From the NCBI GenBank assembly GCA_965207445.1, contig CBDBLX010000002.1, positions 1,239,849 through 1,303,848 on the forward strand: DNA of 64,000 bases, in the 5' to 3' direction. Below are positions 21,123 to 32,174 of this stretch, one piece after another. Position 1 is the first letter of the stretch. Each line of letters starts with the position of its first letter. The stretch comes from Nitrosopumilus sp. (GTDB lineage: Archaea; Thermoproteota; Nitrososphaeria; Nitrososphaerales; Nitrosopumilaceae). The notes beneath the pieces are model-generated. The model saw only the letters and a program-made list of their open reading frames with translations. It ran no database searches and was not told where the DNA came from. Position numbers and translations under genes: made by a program.

Positions 21123-22898
21123 ATGATAAAAATCGCAACGATCGTCATATTGATGACTGTTATGTTCGTTGTAACACAACCACTATCTGCACATGGCGCA
21201 TCTTACACATTAACAGAAAAGGTAGAGTTCGGCTCAGCACTAGAAGAGACCTTGGGACATTTCAAGGCACTTGAGGACAATCTTGATGCTGGAGATGGTG
21301 TAAATGCAGCAGTACATGCAACACACCCGATAGCAGAACTCTATGACTTGATGAAACCTGTACTAATGTCAGCCAATACTGGTCTTGATGAGAGATTCAA
21401 CACAATACTAGTCGAGCTCAAAGACAAGGCAAGTACACAGGTGAGTAGAAGCCAAGCGCAAAGTGCAATTGATGATGCAAAGGATATAGTTGAGGAAGCA
21501 CGAATGACCATAATTGGAGCAGACTTGAGTTCTGATCCAATGTTCAAGTTAATGCTGATGCTGACACTTTTAGAAACATCCGCAGCAGAGTATAAAGAAG
21601 CAGTATCAGACGGTACGATAGTAAACATGCCAGAGTTCCAAGATGGCTCTGCGTTTGTATGGCGTGCTGAACAGATACTAGACACAATAGAAGATGATTT
21701 GGATACACGAGACTATATGGAACTCAAAGAAATGTTTGTACAGATAAACACTGCATATGATCAAAGAGTTGATCCATCTGTAGTTGACCAACGTACTGCA
21801 CGTTTGCTTGCATCAGTAGAAGTACATAGTACATCTTACAAATCAGAAAAGGTAGAGTTCGGCTCAGCATTAGAAGAGACCTTGGGACACTTCAAGGCAC
21901 TTGAGGACAATCTTGATGCTGGAGACGGTGTAAATGCAGCAGTACATGCAACACACCCGATAGCAGAACTCTATGACTTGATGAAACCTGTACTAATGTC
22001 AGCCAATACTGGTCTTGATGAGAGATTCAACACAATACTAGTCGAACTCAAAGACAAGGCAAGTACACAGGTGAGTAGAAGCCAAGCGCAAAGTGCAATT
22101 GATGATGCAAAGGATATAGTTGAGGAAGCACGAATGACCATAATTGGAGCAGACTTGAGTTCTGATCCAATGTTCAAGTTAATGCTGATGCTGACACTTT
22201 TAGAAACATCAGCAGCAGAGTATAAAGAAGCAGTATCAGACGGTACGATAGTAAACATGCCAGAGTTCCAAGATGGCTCTGCGTTTGTATGGCGTGCTGA
22301 ACAGATACTAGACACAATAGAAGATGACTTGGATACACGAGACTATATGGAACTCAAAGAAATGTTTGTACAGATAAACACTGCATATGATCAAAGAGTT
22401 GATCCATCTGTAGTTGACCAACGTACTACACACTTGATTATATCAATAGAAACAATTTTGGGAGTTTCTGGTGGTAGTGGTGATGATGATGAAGAAGATG
22501 GTCTACTCCGATACGTAGAGAACATTAACGAACTTTTGGAGAGTGCACGAAACGAATACAATGCTGGCAACAATGATCTTGCACTAAGTCATGTTACAAA
22601 TGCATACTTGAATAACTATGAGTTCTTGGAAGGCCCACTTGTGGATGCAGGTGAGAGAGAACTAATGGAAAAAGTCGAGATAATGATGCGTGAAGATTTA
22701 CGAAACATGATAAAACAAGGTGCACCTGCATCACAAGTCAGTGATCTAATCGATCAAATTTTGATTGAGATGGAGGCTGTAGCTGTTGTGGTGCCTGAAT
22801 TTGGCATCATGGTAATTGTGGTACTTGCAGCGGCAGTAATGATTGTGCTTGTTGCCACACGTAATCGCAACATGTTAAGTTTGAGTTCATATAATTAA
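21123..22898 (+). CDS. PEFG-CTERM surface protein with duplicated His/Glu-rich helical domain (possible metal/iron binding)
   Basis: Signal peptide; two 630-bp-spaced repeats; C-terminal VPEFG + TM + RNR. Confidence 0.88.
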   Translation: MIKIATIVILMTVMFVVTQPLSAHGASYTLTEKVEFGSALEETLGHFKALEDNLDAGDGVNAAVHATHPIAELYDLMKPVLMSANTGLDERFNTILVELKDKASTQVSRSQAQSAIDDAKDIVEEARMTIIGADLSSDPMFKLMLMLTLLETSAAEYKEAVSDGTIVNMPEFQDGSAFVWRAEQILDTIEDDLDTRDYMELKEMFVQINTAYDQRVDPSVVDQRTARLLASVEVHSTSYKSEKVEFGSALEETLGHFKALEDNLDAGDGVNAAVHATHPIAELYDLMKPVLMSANTGLDERFNTILVELKDKASTQVSRSQAQSAIDDAKDIVEEARMTIIGADLSSDPMFKLMLMLTLLETSAAEYKEAVSDGTIVNMPEFQDGSAFVWRAEQILDTIEDDLDTRDYMELKEMFVQINTAYDQRVDPSVVDQRTTHLIISIETILGVSGGSGDDDEEDGLLRYVENINELLESARNEYNAGNNDLALSHVTNAYLNNYEFLEGPLVDAGERELMEKVEIMMREDLRNMIKQGAPASQVSDLIDQILIEMEAVAVVVPEFGIMVIVVLAAAVMIVLVATRNRNMLSLSSYN

Positions 22899-23099
22899 TG
22901 ACTCTTACACCCAATTTTTATTTAATAATTTTATACTATATAATAAAAATATAACTACATAAATATCTTATAAAATAACATTGAATCTATAATAAATAAT
23001 GATATTTAATTGAGGCTTACAATCTCAATACCAAAAAATGTTTGATAAGCGCCAGAATCATCACTGGTGCAAAGACGGTCTAATATTAAATTCCAGTTG

Positions 23100-23560
23100 T
23101 CACGTATCTTGATGACTGATTTTCTCAGTTTGTTGTGAACTTTTAAAATGTACTTTTATACGTGCTTATTTTTGATTGCCGGCATTATAAAAGGCAGGCG
23201 CAAAAAGTTCTTCTATACATACAACGTTGTAAAAACCATAATCAAAGATACAAAATTCCTGACGTATACAATCTTAAATTAATTTTTCAATGATTTTACG
23301 CATGACTGTGACCATTTTATCATTACTGGTCACACGATGTGCAAACAATTACCTGTTTGGTTCACCATTTGTGCTGTCATAAGTGAATGAAACATCACGT
23401 ACAATTTTCGGGCTTTGTTTTTACCATCTCTGATTTGAGTGCCTTGTTTTATTAAAAGAACGTGGACAGTTGACAATTTACTTTTGAGCCCCGACTGTCC
23501 TACGCATGTGCCATTCTCGGTTCAAACTATACGGCTTTCTTATATACGAGATGAACCACT
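23100..23560 (-). pseudogene. ISH3-family remnant
   Basis: Similar to 57560-57910 and 27550-28000. Confidence 0.75.
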
Positions 23561-23599
23561 ATTCTTAGATAATGAAGGGAAGCAACTGGGGCGATTCAA

Positions 23600-24170
23600 C
23601 ATTCGTATTCACACGCTGTGACAAGGTGCTTGATACCAGTGGTAAAACAGTGTCCGTGCGCGACGCGCTTGCTCTTATCAACCAAACGCTGGATGAGATA
23701 CTGGCAGAGTGGGAGGGTGAGTTTGACTCCGATACACGGGTGGGCGCTAGTGTGGTTTGAGCAGTACTGGTTTGAGAGCGGCGACTTTGGCGTGGTCAAG
23801 ACGCTTTCAAAGGCAAAGAACACCGGTGTGTCTGGCATGGTGAGGGCGGCAATATTGAAGATGGGTGCTGGCAAGATGCGCCTTTTCTCCCCAGACGAGC
23901 TGTCAGAAGATTGGAATCAAAAAAAAAAGAGAAGAGATTTACAGTATGGGGGGCTACACACTACATGATGCACTCGCTTGAAAAAAGTGAATCAGATGCG
24001 GCCGAAATGATGGCAAGGCTTGACTTCGCGACAGAACCTACCAGGGAGATGATCTATTGACTTTATCACATGTGCGAGCAGAAAAAATATGCAAAGTAGG
24101 CTCAGGATTACAATACACTGGTTCAGATCTGTCCCAAGATTTCGAGACTGCCACGAAAAATTTTAACACA
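23600..24170 (+). pseudogene. C-terminal fragment of DUF1156-type DNA methylase, copy 1
   Basis: VRDALALINQTLDE..EGEFDSDTR/WALVWFEQ..LSKAKNT; frameshifted. Confidence 0.75.
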
Positions 24171-24202
24171 GCAAGCGCAACCATCAGAGAGGATAAAGCC
24201 GT

Positions 24203-24520
24203 ATGATGACTGCTGACATGCTCCCCATCATAGTGGATCGCATTGTTAAACGATTGGATCCTGCCGGCATCCTGCTCTTTGGCTCTCAAGCGCGAGGGGA
24301 TGCTAGGAGATGGAGTGATGTGGATCTGATGATTATAATGAGCAAGGTCTCAGACAAGCGCAAAACGGCGATCGAGATACAACGATTGCTAAAAGATCTA
24401 TTCATTAGTAAAGATATAGTGATAGTTACCACAGAAGAGATTAATCGCAAACGACACATAGTTGGCACCTTGATCCATGCCGCGCTTCGTGACGGGAGGA
24501 TGTTGTATGAACGATCATGA
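24203..24520 (+). CDS. Minimal nucleotidyltransferase (MNT) antitoxin
   Basis: LFGSQARGD...SDVDL. Confidence 0.9.
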   Translation: MMTADMLPIIVDRIVKRLDPAGILLFGSQARGDARRWSDVDLMIIMSKVSDKRKTAIEIQRLLKDLFISKDIVIVTTEEINRKRHIVGTLIHAALRDGRMLYERS

Positions 24521-24923
24521 TTCGGATATACAAAAGGAGGCACTCAAATGGTTGCAATTCACCAAAGGGGATCTTGATATGGCCACTCGGGCTATGAATA
24601 TGTAGCCAACTTCGCCCCGCCATGCCTGCTTGAACTCTCAACAGTCTGCAGAAAAGGCGATCAAGGCAGCTCTGCTGTTAGAAAAAGTTGATTTTCCACT
24701 CGTACACGATTTGGACATACTAAGAAGCCTACTGCCAAGTGGGTGGGCTGTACGTGACGCGCATGATGATCTGTACGAACTCAGCGGGTGGACAATCGAG
24801 GCAAGATATCCTGGTGACTGGCCCGAGCCCACAACTGCAGACGCGATTGGTGCAGAATCCAAGGCACGCGTGATTTATGAATCCATAGAGGCAGAATTCA
24901 AGCGCCGTGACGTCCTTAATTAA
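24507..24923 (+). pseudogene. HEPN-domain toxin with in-frame TAG at 24603
   Basis: QQSAEKAIKA, HDL, ARYP; N-terminus overlaps the MNT stop. Confidence 0.8.
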
Positions 24924-24966
24924 TCCGCGCATGCGCCTAGACGTATGGTAGCCACTCATCGGGATC

Positions 24967-26806
24967 GTGCGAACCAACCTCCCTGACTGATATATTCATT
25001 TAAAATTTGAATATGAATAAATAAAATAATTTAGATTTTAAGGTTTTACGATAATATTTTTTCTCATATTTAAATTAATCTATCTAAATCAGTGGAAATA
25101 ATAAATACACTTATATGATCAAAGGTTTTTACCAATACTATGAGTCAAAAAAGACCAAACAAAGCAGACGATGCATGTATTCAATTAAAAATAAAATATG
25201 AAAAGAAAATTCAGCAACTTGAACAGAAAAAAGATGAAGCGTTAAAGAAAAAAGATGAAGCGTTAAAGAAAAAAGATGAAGCGTTAAAGAAAAAAGATGA
25301 AGCGTTAAAGAAAAAAGATCATATCATAAATACATTAAAGAGCCGTGTCAATACATTGGAAGAAGATAACTCAAACCTAGAAAAGAATAACACTGCTATA
25401 AAAAAACAAAGTCAGAAAAAAGACACAACCATACAAAATTATGAGACAAAGCTCAACTATTATGAGAATGCCCATATACCATCATCAAAGCAGGGAGCCA
25501 TACATCCAAATAAATCAAAAAACAATAAATCAAAAAATAATAAATCAAAAACATCTGCACAAAACAAAAACAACACAAATGGTGCAAAAACTGACAAGGC
25601 TAAACCCAACAAACGAAGCGGAGTTTTAGGGCATAATGGTGGCACTCATATATTCAAACCAACAGAAAAAAAGAGACATGTTGCTACATGTTGCCCAGAG
25701 TGTGGTAAAAACAACATACAAGACCTCCACAAGGATAAAAAACGGACAATAGTTTCGATACCTGAATTTGTCCCTCACACTGTCACACTACACAAAACTG
25801 CCCAGTACAATTGTCTTGACTGTGGTGCAAAATTTCAAGCTAAAAATAACCTTCCACCAAAAGGTCAGTTCGATTACTCTGTAATTCGCTATGTAACATA
25901 TCAATCCACGCACAGAAAGACCCCTAAAATGGTTTCAGAAGATTTAAAGAATCTGTTCAAACTAGATGTTTCTGATACGACAATTCGTAATATATACGAC
26001 CGTCAAACTGCAATGCTAAAACCCATAAGAGATGGTTTCATGGCAGAATTAGAAAAATCACGATCAGTAATCATGGATGAGACCGAATACAAAGGTGAGC
26101 CCAAAAGATGGATAATGGCAGTTAGAAACGATGACACCGTAGCGTACATGTACGCTCAGAATCGTAGTGCAACAGATCTCATAGCACAGGCCAAAAATTG
26201 TATTGGTGCAATAAGTCGAGATGGATATCGCGGATATGATACTGTATTCCCAAATCACATAAAACAGCGCTGCACACAACACATTGTGCGGGAGAGCAGA
26301 ACTATTTCAAATCGTAGTGAACTTGAATCTGCTACCAATCTGTACAATGAGTTGAACAAAAAATTTATCGCGTTGCGCAAATGGACTCGTGGCGACCGCT
26401 CTTTAAAGAGTAGGCGTTCATATGTTACAAAACTTCAAAAATGGTTGTGTGGTATAATATCTAGATACAAAAAAAGCAGATATGAAATAATGAAAAAGTT
26501 TGGCACCACACTAAAAAACGCAGCGCCCGAACTTTTTACATTTGTTTTGTATCCATTTGTCTACTCTACCACAAATATTGGAGAACAGTCAATGAAACCT
26601 GTAATAGGTCAGAGGAACAGTCATCTGCAGTTGAAGAGTGACAAGGGGGCAGAAAATCTCTGTGTGATGCTCAGTTGTGTTGAGACGTGGAAGCTGCGTG
26701 GACTAAATGTCTGGGAGGAGTTGTGTAAAATCATTGGCCCACCGTCTGATGATACATCTTAAAAATATATGATCATGTTATTATGCCAAAATAGGTTGGT
26801 TCACAC
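24967..26806 (+). mobile_element. IS66-family element
   Basis: TIRs GTGCGAACCAACCT / AGGTTGGTTCACAC; 8-bp TSD TCGGGATC. Confidence 0.9.
25140..26762 (+). CDS. IS66-family transposase
   Basis: CPEC, DET, SRDGY, QRC..H, LFTF..TTN.GEQ; KKDEALK x4. Confidence 0.92.
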   Translation: MSQKRPNKADDACIQLKIKYEKKIQQLEQKKDEALKKKDEALKKKDEALKKKDEALKKKDHIINTLKSRVNTLEEDNSNLEKNNTAIKKQSQKKDTTIQNYETKLNYYENAHIPSSKQGAIHPNKSKNNKSKNNKSKTSAQNKNNTNGAKTDKAKPNKRSGVLGHNGGTHIFKPTEKKRHVATCCPECGKNNIQDLHKDKKRTIVSIPEFVPHTVTLHKTAQYNCLDCGAKFQAKNNLPPKGQFDYSVIRYVTYQSTHRKTPKMVSEDLKNLFKLDVSDTTIRNIYDRQTAMLKPIRDGFMAELEKSRSVIMDETEYKGEPKRWIMAVRNDDTVAYMYAQNRSATDLIAQAKNCIGAISRDGYRGYDTVFPNHIKQRCTQHIVRESRTISNRSELESATNLYNELNKKFIALRKWTRGDRSLKSRRSYVTKLQKWLCGIISRYKKSRYEIMKKFGTTLKNAAPELFTFVLYPFVYSTTNIGEQSMKPVIGQRNSHLQLKSDKGAENLCVMLSCVETWKLRGLNVWEELCKIIGPPSDDTS

Positions 26807-27063
26807 TCGGGATCTGATCGGCGATGCAACGAAACTAATCCACTCTGTGCTTGTCATTTCTCTCGCGCGAACTCACAAGTCACTACAAGAAGAATCCTCA
26901 ATCCAAACTGCAAGAGATTGGGCAACCTCACCTATACTGCAAATGGATTTCCCCAGATGGACGTTGCTGCGCTCTTGAAGGTAATGGGGGAGTCTTGGAA
27001 TGATGTCTAAAAGAATACCATCGAGTATGTCGAGCAAAGTCTTGTAGGCGATCTGCGGGAAGT
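26807..27063 (+). pseudogene. N-terminal remnant of Swt1-HEPN/DUF499 ATPase, copy 1 (start ~24946, split by IS66)
   Basis: MVATHRD|LIGDATKLI...MDVAALLKVMGESWNDV; parallels 29454-30070. Confidence 0.6.
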
Positions 27064-28000
27064 CAGTAGTTCGTAATGTCCCCAAATTTTAATGATCTTA
27101 TTTTTGATTATACAGTGCAGTAGATTTACTATAACAAGTAACTACCGTGCTCCAATTTCTATAAAGCAGTACTCTGATCAATCTTGTAATTGAATTCATA
27201 AACGCATTCATTGTAAATAATTTTCCACCAAAGTCTGTCGTAGTTTTCGTACCTTGCCATTATTTACAAACAGTATAACAATACTTCAAAAAAAAATCAA
27301 CAATAATTGGGGGACCTGCAAGGCGTTACTAGTTGTTTTTAAAGTCATGTTTTTTATCACTATAATCCTGTCTCTATTATATGGCCTTGTGACAAGTCTC
27401 TTGAATGGTTTTAATGAGTTTGCTTTTGTTAGTAATTTTCATATTTGTGGGAAATGCTACATACTGATCGATTATATCATCAGTTTCTTTGGCATTGTTT
27501 TTTCTTGATGGCAAATAATGTGAGCTCGACTGTTTTCTTGTTTTTGTCATGCGCCTTGATGACTGATTTTATCAGTTTGTTGTAAACTTTTAAAATGTAC
27601 TTTTATACGTGCTTATTTTTGATTACCGGCATTATAAAAGGCAGGCGCAAAAAGTTCTTCTATACATACAACGTTGTAAAAAACATAATCAAAGATACAA
27701 AGTTCCGGACGTATATTATCTCAAATTAATTTTTAATGATTTTACGCATGACTGTGACCATTTTACCATTACTGGTCACACGATGTGCAAACAATTACCT
27801 GTTTGGTTCACCATTTATGTGTCATAAATGAATAAAACATCACAGTACCATTTTTGGGCTTTGTTTTTATCATCTCTGATTTGAGTGCCTTGTTTTATTA
27901 AAAGAACGTGGACAGTTGACAATTTACTTTTGAGCTCGGACTGTCCTACGTATGTACCATTCTTGGTTCAAACTGTACGGCTTTATTATATACGAGATGC
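27064..28000 (-). pseudogene. ISH3-family element remnant with right TIR
   Basis: CAGTAGTTCGTAATGT end; colinear with 57066-57910. Confidence 0.8.
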
Positions 28001-28119
28001 ACCATTATTCTTAGATAATGAAGGGTGTCAGCTGGGATGATTCAACGTCTGTATTCACACCAATGATGCAATCAGCGTTTGATATGTTTGTGCTGAGCGG
28101 CAACTGGGATGATTCACCG

Positions 28120-28727
28120 TCTATATTCACACACTGTGACAATGTGCTTGACACCAGTGGTAAAACAGTGTCCGTGCGCGACGCGCTTGCTTTCATCAAC
28201 CAAACGCTGGACGAGATACTGGCAGAGTGGGAGGGTGAGTTTGACTCCGATACACGGGTGGGCGCTAGTGTGGTTTGAGCAGTACTGGTTTGAGAGCGGC
28301 GACTTTGGCGTGGTCAAGACGCTTTCAAAGGCAAAGAACACCGGCGTGTTTGGCATGGTAGGGGCAGGAATATTGAAGATGGGTGCTGGCAAGATGCACC
28401 TTTTCTCCCCAGACGAGCTGCCCGAAGATTGGAATCAAAAAAAAAGACAAGAGATTTACAGTATGGAGGGCTACACACTACATGATGCACTCGCTTGAAA
28501 AAAGTGAATCAATGACAGCAGATCTGATGACCAAACTTGGTTCTGATGCAGTGAATGCCAGGGAGCCTGCATACAGGCTTTGTCACATGTGTGAGCAGAA
28601 AAATTATGCGCAAGAGGCCCATGATTACAATGCACTGGTTCAGAGCTGGACTGAAATTTCCAAACTTTCAAGGGAAAATACACTGACATCGTCGTCGGAG
28701 GGGATGAAACAGTATGACAACCGCTGA
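28120..28727 (+). pseudogene. C-terminal fragment of DUF1156-type DNA methylase, copy 2
   Basis: As copy 1, plus AREPAYRL..YNALVQSW.EI. Confidence 0.78.
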
Positions 28728-29031
28728 ACTCATACCAGTTATGGTTGATCGCATAGCTGAGCAGTTTCACCCAACCCGAATCATACTATTTGGCTCTCAA
28801 GCGCGAGACGACACAACTAAATTCAGTGATGTAGATCTAATGGTTGTATTAAATCATATTTCAAACAAATATCAAACCACAATAGAAATTCTTGATTCGT
28901 TAAAAGATCTTCCCATAAGCAAAGATATCATAGTGGTTACTCCAGGTGAGATCGAACGTGAGGGTGATGTGGTGGGAACCATAACTTATGAGGCTCTTCG
29001 AGGAGGAAAGGTAATGTATGAAAAAAATTAA
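28714..29031 (+). CDS. MNT antitoxin
   Basis: IILFGSQAR..SDVDL. Confidence 0.9.
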   Translation: MTTAELIPVMVDRIAEQFHPTRIILFGSQARDDTTKFSDVDLMVVLNHISNKYQTTIEILDSLKDLPISKDIIVVTPGEIEREGDVVGTITYEALRGGKVMYEKN

Positions 29032-29452
29032 CAAAAATGTAAAAAAAGTAACACTGCGATGGCTGAAGTATTCCAATAATGATTTTACAAATGCATTGCA
29101 CATGATGAAGACAAAACCCGAATCAACTGCACTTGTGTACTGACTGTGTCAGCAGTCTGCAGAAAAGGCCATAAAAGCCGCTCTGGTATTGGAAAATATT
29201 CGTTTTCCATTTATACATGATTTGGAGATCATACTCGGCATGCTTCCTGAATATTGGATTGTGAAAAACAAACACGAGGATCTTGGCAAGCTTGGCGTGT
29301 GGACTGTCAATGCCAGATATCCCGGTGATTGGCCAGAGCCCTCTTACAAGGATGCAGTCATGTCAAAATCCATAGCGAATTCAATTTATGATTCTGTGGT
29401 TGCAGACTTTGAGCGTCACGGCATATATCTAGGAGATACACAAGGTGTATGA
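29018..29452 (+). pseudogene. HEPN-domain toxin with in-frame TGA at 29141
   Basis: RWLKYS..VY*LCQQSAEKAIKA, HDL, ARYP. Confidence 0.8.
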
Positions 29453-29453
29453 C

Positions 29454-30070
29454 ATGGCTCCAACTAACAAAGATCTTGTGGATAGTCAATGAATGCCCTA
29501 AGGTCTGGACTCGCACCATTTGTGTCACGTGAGTTCAACGGGATATATGAAAAGCAATCGGAACAGAAACTGCAGGAGATACTAGGTAAGTCTGCATGTG
29601 ATTCAAGGAAAATACACGCGATGGATGTGCATGCGTTGTTAAAGGCAATGTGGGGCTCGTGAAACGACATATATTGAGATATTCTGGAATATACAGAACA
29701 CAGTCTTGTAAGTGAATTATTGGTAATATGTGCCAACAGTCAACATAACACCACATTTTCCAGTGATGATGCATATCGAGCACTCGACTCAACGCACCGG
29801 CTCCTTTTGTCAATTTCTACACCTGCCGGCAAAATAGAATCAATGAAGATGGATCTTTTACACAAACGTTATGATGAATATGCCAGAACTCAGAGGCGCA
29901 AGACTGCGGGCACGACAGTTACTGCTCAGGCTACTGGGGGACTTACCCGTGGCGCGAGGTGATAAGTCCTCACTGCGATGTAGCCAATGGTAGATGTCAA
30001 CAAGCAGAATTTGCAGCAGACCTATGGCAGGTTCATCTTGGCGAGGGTTCTTCAGAGTATAACGATCCTC
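29454..30070 (+). pseudogene. N-terminal remnant of Swt1-HEPN/DUF499 ATPase, copy 2
   Basis: SGLAPFVSREF, FSSDDAYRALDS, PWREVISPH.DV..G..QQAEFAADL. Confidence 0.8.
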
Positions 30071-30294
30071 AGGTATCTGAAGGCACTGATCAGTCACTTC
30101 GACAAGGTCACACTGATCCTGGACAACGCGCCGTAACACAAGGCCCTGATCGTGCGGGAATATCTGGAGGACAAATTCAACGTGAGGATCATAAGGCTTC
30201 CGAGGGCGACGCCGGAACTCGGCGTGGTCGAGGAATAATGGCACCCGTCAAAGCGGGATCTTCTGGTCAGCAAGTATTATTCCACGGTAGTGCA
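30071..30294 (+). pseudogene. IS630 transposase fragment
   Basis: LILDNAP*H, LPRATPEL..VEE*W. Confidence 0.7.
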
Positions 30295-30296
30295 TA

Positions 30297-30402
30297 ATAG
30301 TTTCATTAAAGATCCGATAGTTTTCTAATATTTTGTATTCATAATATGTGTTCAACTTCAAGATAAATATCAATCAAAATATCGGATCTTTAATCATATC
30401 AG
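30297..30402 (+). mobile_element. 106-bp MITE (IS630-type, TA target duplication), copy 1
   Basis: Sub-terminal IR ATTAAAGATCCGATA; three more full copies in window. Confidence 0.9.
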
Positions 30403-30538
30403 TATGCACATACGCCATGCCCTGTCAGACTATTTTCGAACGGCCCTACCCAAACACGATGCGATGAAATTCATTAACAGAAGATCTCTGCTCTGCAAAA
30501 AACTTTTGATCGCCACTATGGCACGTCAGATCAAAACA

Positions 30539-31000
30539 TTAATCTTGTTTTCTTATTTTTATCACAGGGGTTGTATTGACCGCGTAGTTTGGTTCGCCTT
30601 CTTTGGTATAAGATCGTTTCTTACTGATCTGCCCTGCAACAGTTCTTACGCTTAGTACCCTCCCATTGCTCAGGTCATACACGCTGAAATTTTCGCGCAA
30701 AGGCACTGCCTCCATGTCATCCTCTGTAATTTCATTCGACTGTGTGTCGGAAGCATGTAATTGAAATGATCCGGGTTTGCGTTTTTCCTTTGGAACATAT
30801 ACTGCCACGATGTTTGTAAAATTCACATCAAAATTTTGTGGGGAGGTTGGATCTACCAACACATGGTTTACACGGAACAGTACTTTTATTATGGTACCAT
30901 CCTTTAGCTTGTAATAACTGTATTCTTCTTTTCTGGGAGTAGCCGTAATGTACCCCATATCTCTAATGTTGCCCTCAATCTCTTCAACAGGTACCGTCAA
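30539..31000 (-). CDS. Hypothetical protein with two internal repeats of a beta-rich domain
   Basis: EEYSYYKLKDGTIIKV vs ENFSVYDLSNGRVLSV. Confidence 0.8.
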   Translation of the reverse strand: MTVPVEEIEGNIRDMGYITATPRKEEYSYYKLKDGTIIKVLFRVNHVLVDPTSPQNFDVNFTNIVAVYVPKEKRKPGSFQLHASDTQSNEITEDDMEAVPLRENFSVYDLSNGRVLSVRTVAGQISKKRSYTKEGEPNYAVNTTPVIKIRKQD

Positions 31001-31012
31001 TGTCCATTCAAA

Positions 31013-31231
31013 TCAAAACTCGTTTTTAAACTCTTCTACGGATATACCGGCTTGCGCCAAGATCGCCCTTATGAGCCCTTTCCCCAGCTTTGCATTACCG
31101 TGTCGTGGTACTTGTGTGCGCTTGCCTGCTTTGTGTAATACCACATGGCGCCGTCCTTGATACGGGATAAATCCCTTGCGCATTAGGTATTTTATCATAT
31201 CTTGGTTGGATGCGACGGGTAGTTTTGGCAT
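31013..31231 (-). CDS. hicA: HicA-family mRNA interferase toxin
   Basis: MPKLP..GF..H..VPRH..LGKGLIRAILAQAG. Confidence 0.9.
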   Translation of the reverse strand: MPKLPVASNQDMIKYLMRKGFIPYQGRRHVVLHKAGKRTQVPRHGNAKLGKGLIRAILAQAGISVEEFKNEF

Positions 31232-31510
31232 TTAAATCGATATAATCGACAACAAGTTAAATTCCTTACTTGGCCTACCCAACGAATCTAACATATCAGA
31301 AACTGCATACCATGTGTTTTTCATCGCCTCCTGTTCGTTTGCTCCATCCGTAACCACACCGGGAAGATCCGGGCAGGTGGCCACAAAGCGCCCGTCTTCA
31401 TCTTGTTGCAGGACGATTTGATACGAGACTATCTGTGGATCGGTTGTTGGATATTTTGCAGTATATGTGCCCAAGTGGGTGGGGGGCGTAATGGATACTA
31501 CATGTGACAT
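31232..31510 (-). CDS. hicB: HicB-family antitoxin
   Basis: DEDGRFVATCPDLPGVVTDG...EA; start uncertain. Confidence 0.85.
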   Translation of the reverse strand: MSHVVSITPPTHLGTYTAKYPTTDPQIVSYQIVLQQDEDGRFVATCPDLPGVVTDGANEQEAMKNTWYAVSDMLDSLGRPSKEFNLLSIISI

Positions 31511-31935
31511 ACCTGTTACTATTAAGAGGGGTAATTTAAGCAAAACTGTCGGAGATCCGTAACTGGTTAAGTTGAGCACAATGTCAAACTGGTCCGGGGC
31601 AATGACGTATGGGTCGAGATAGAGGACATCGGGGCAGACAGTACAGATATACCTGTACTGGATGGCCGCGTCTGATGAGTCCATCTACTACACGATCACC
31701 AAGACGAACAGCAGATACGAAAGTACTGACCTGAGATGGAGGACGGCCGCATGGACTCCAGCACACATGAATAGTGTTGGCGACGGAGATGGTGGCGTCT
31801 TGGCAAGCCCGCCTACAAAACAATCCCACTCGATACTATATGACCGCAGGACTGGCTAGGACGATAGACGACTCAGACAGCCATGCTGGCTGGCAACAAA
31901 CAGCTGGTTCAGCGGCACCGTCAACGACAATTAGG

Positions 31936-32174
31936 GTGTGAACCAAGATCCATGACTAATATAATTATTCAAAAATAGATTCTGGCCAAATGCCGCGCAT
32001 ACACGATATTCAATATGTAGATAGAAATGTGACCAAATATAGGTATATGATTTTATCATTACATCCACAGGTAACCGTTCAATCCATTCCAGAATTTAGG
32101 CACAGATTCACCGCCTAACGTCTGGCGCAGGCACGAGGGTTGAACAGTTACCATCCACAGAGCTTGGTTCACAC
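31936..32174. mobile_element. MITE with ends of the 24967-26806 IS66, containing a nested 81-bp MITE
   Basis: GTGTGAACCAAG ... CTTGGTTCACAC. Confidence 0.75.
32071..32151. mobile_element. 81-bp MITE copy
   Basis: GTAAC...GTTAC, 9-bp TSD CATCCACAG. Confidence 0.9.

Noticed and set aside
21341..22315. Two identical antisense ORFs
   Set aside because: Shadow of the duplicated domain on the + strand
31560..31930. GC-richer coding-like remnant
   Set aside because: Fragmented and unassignable
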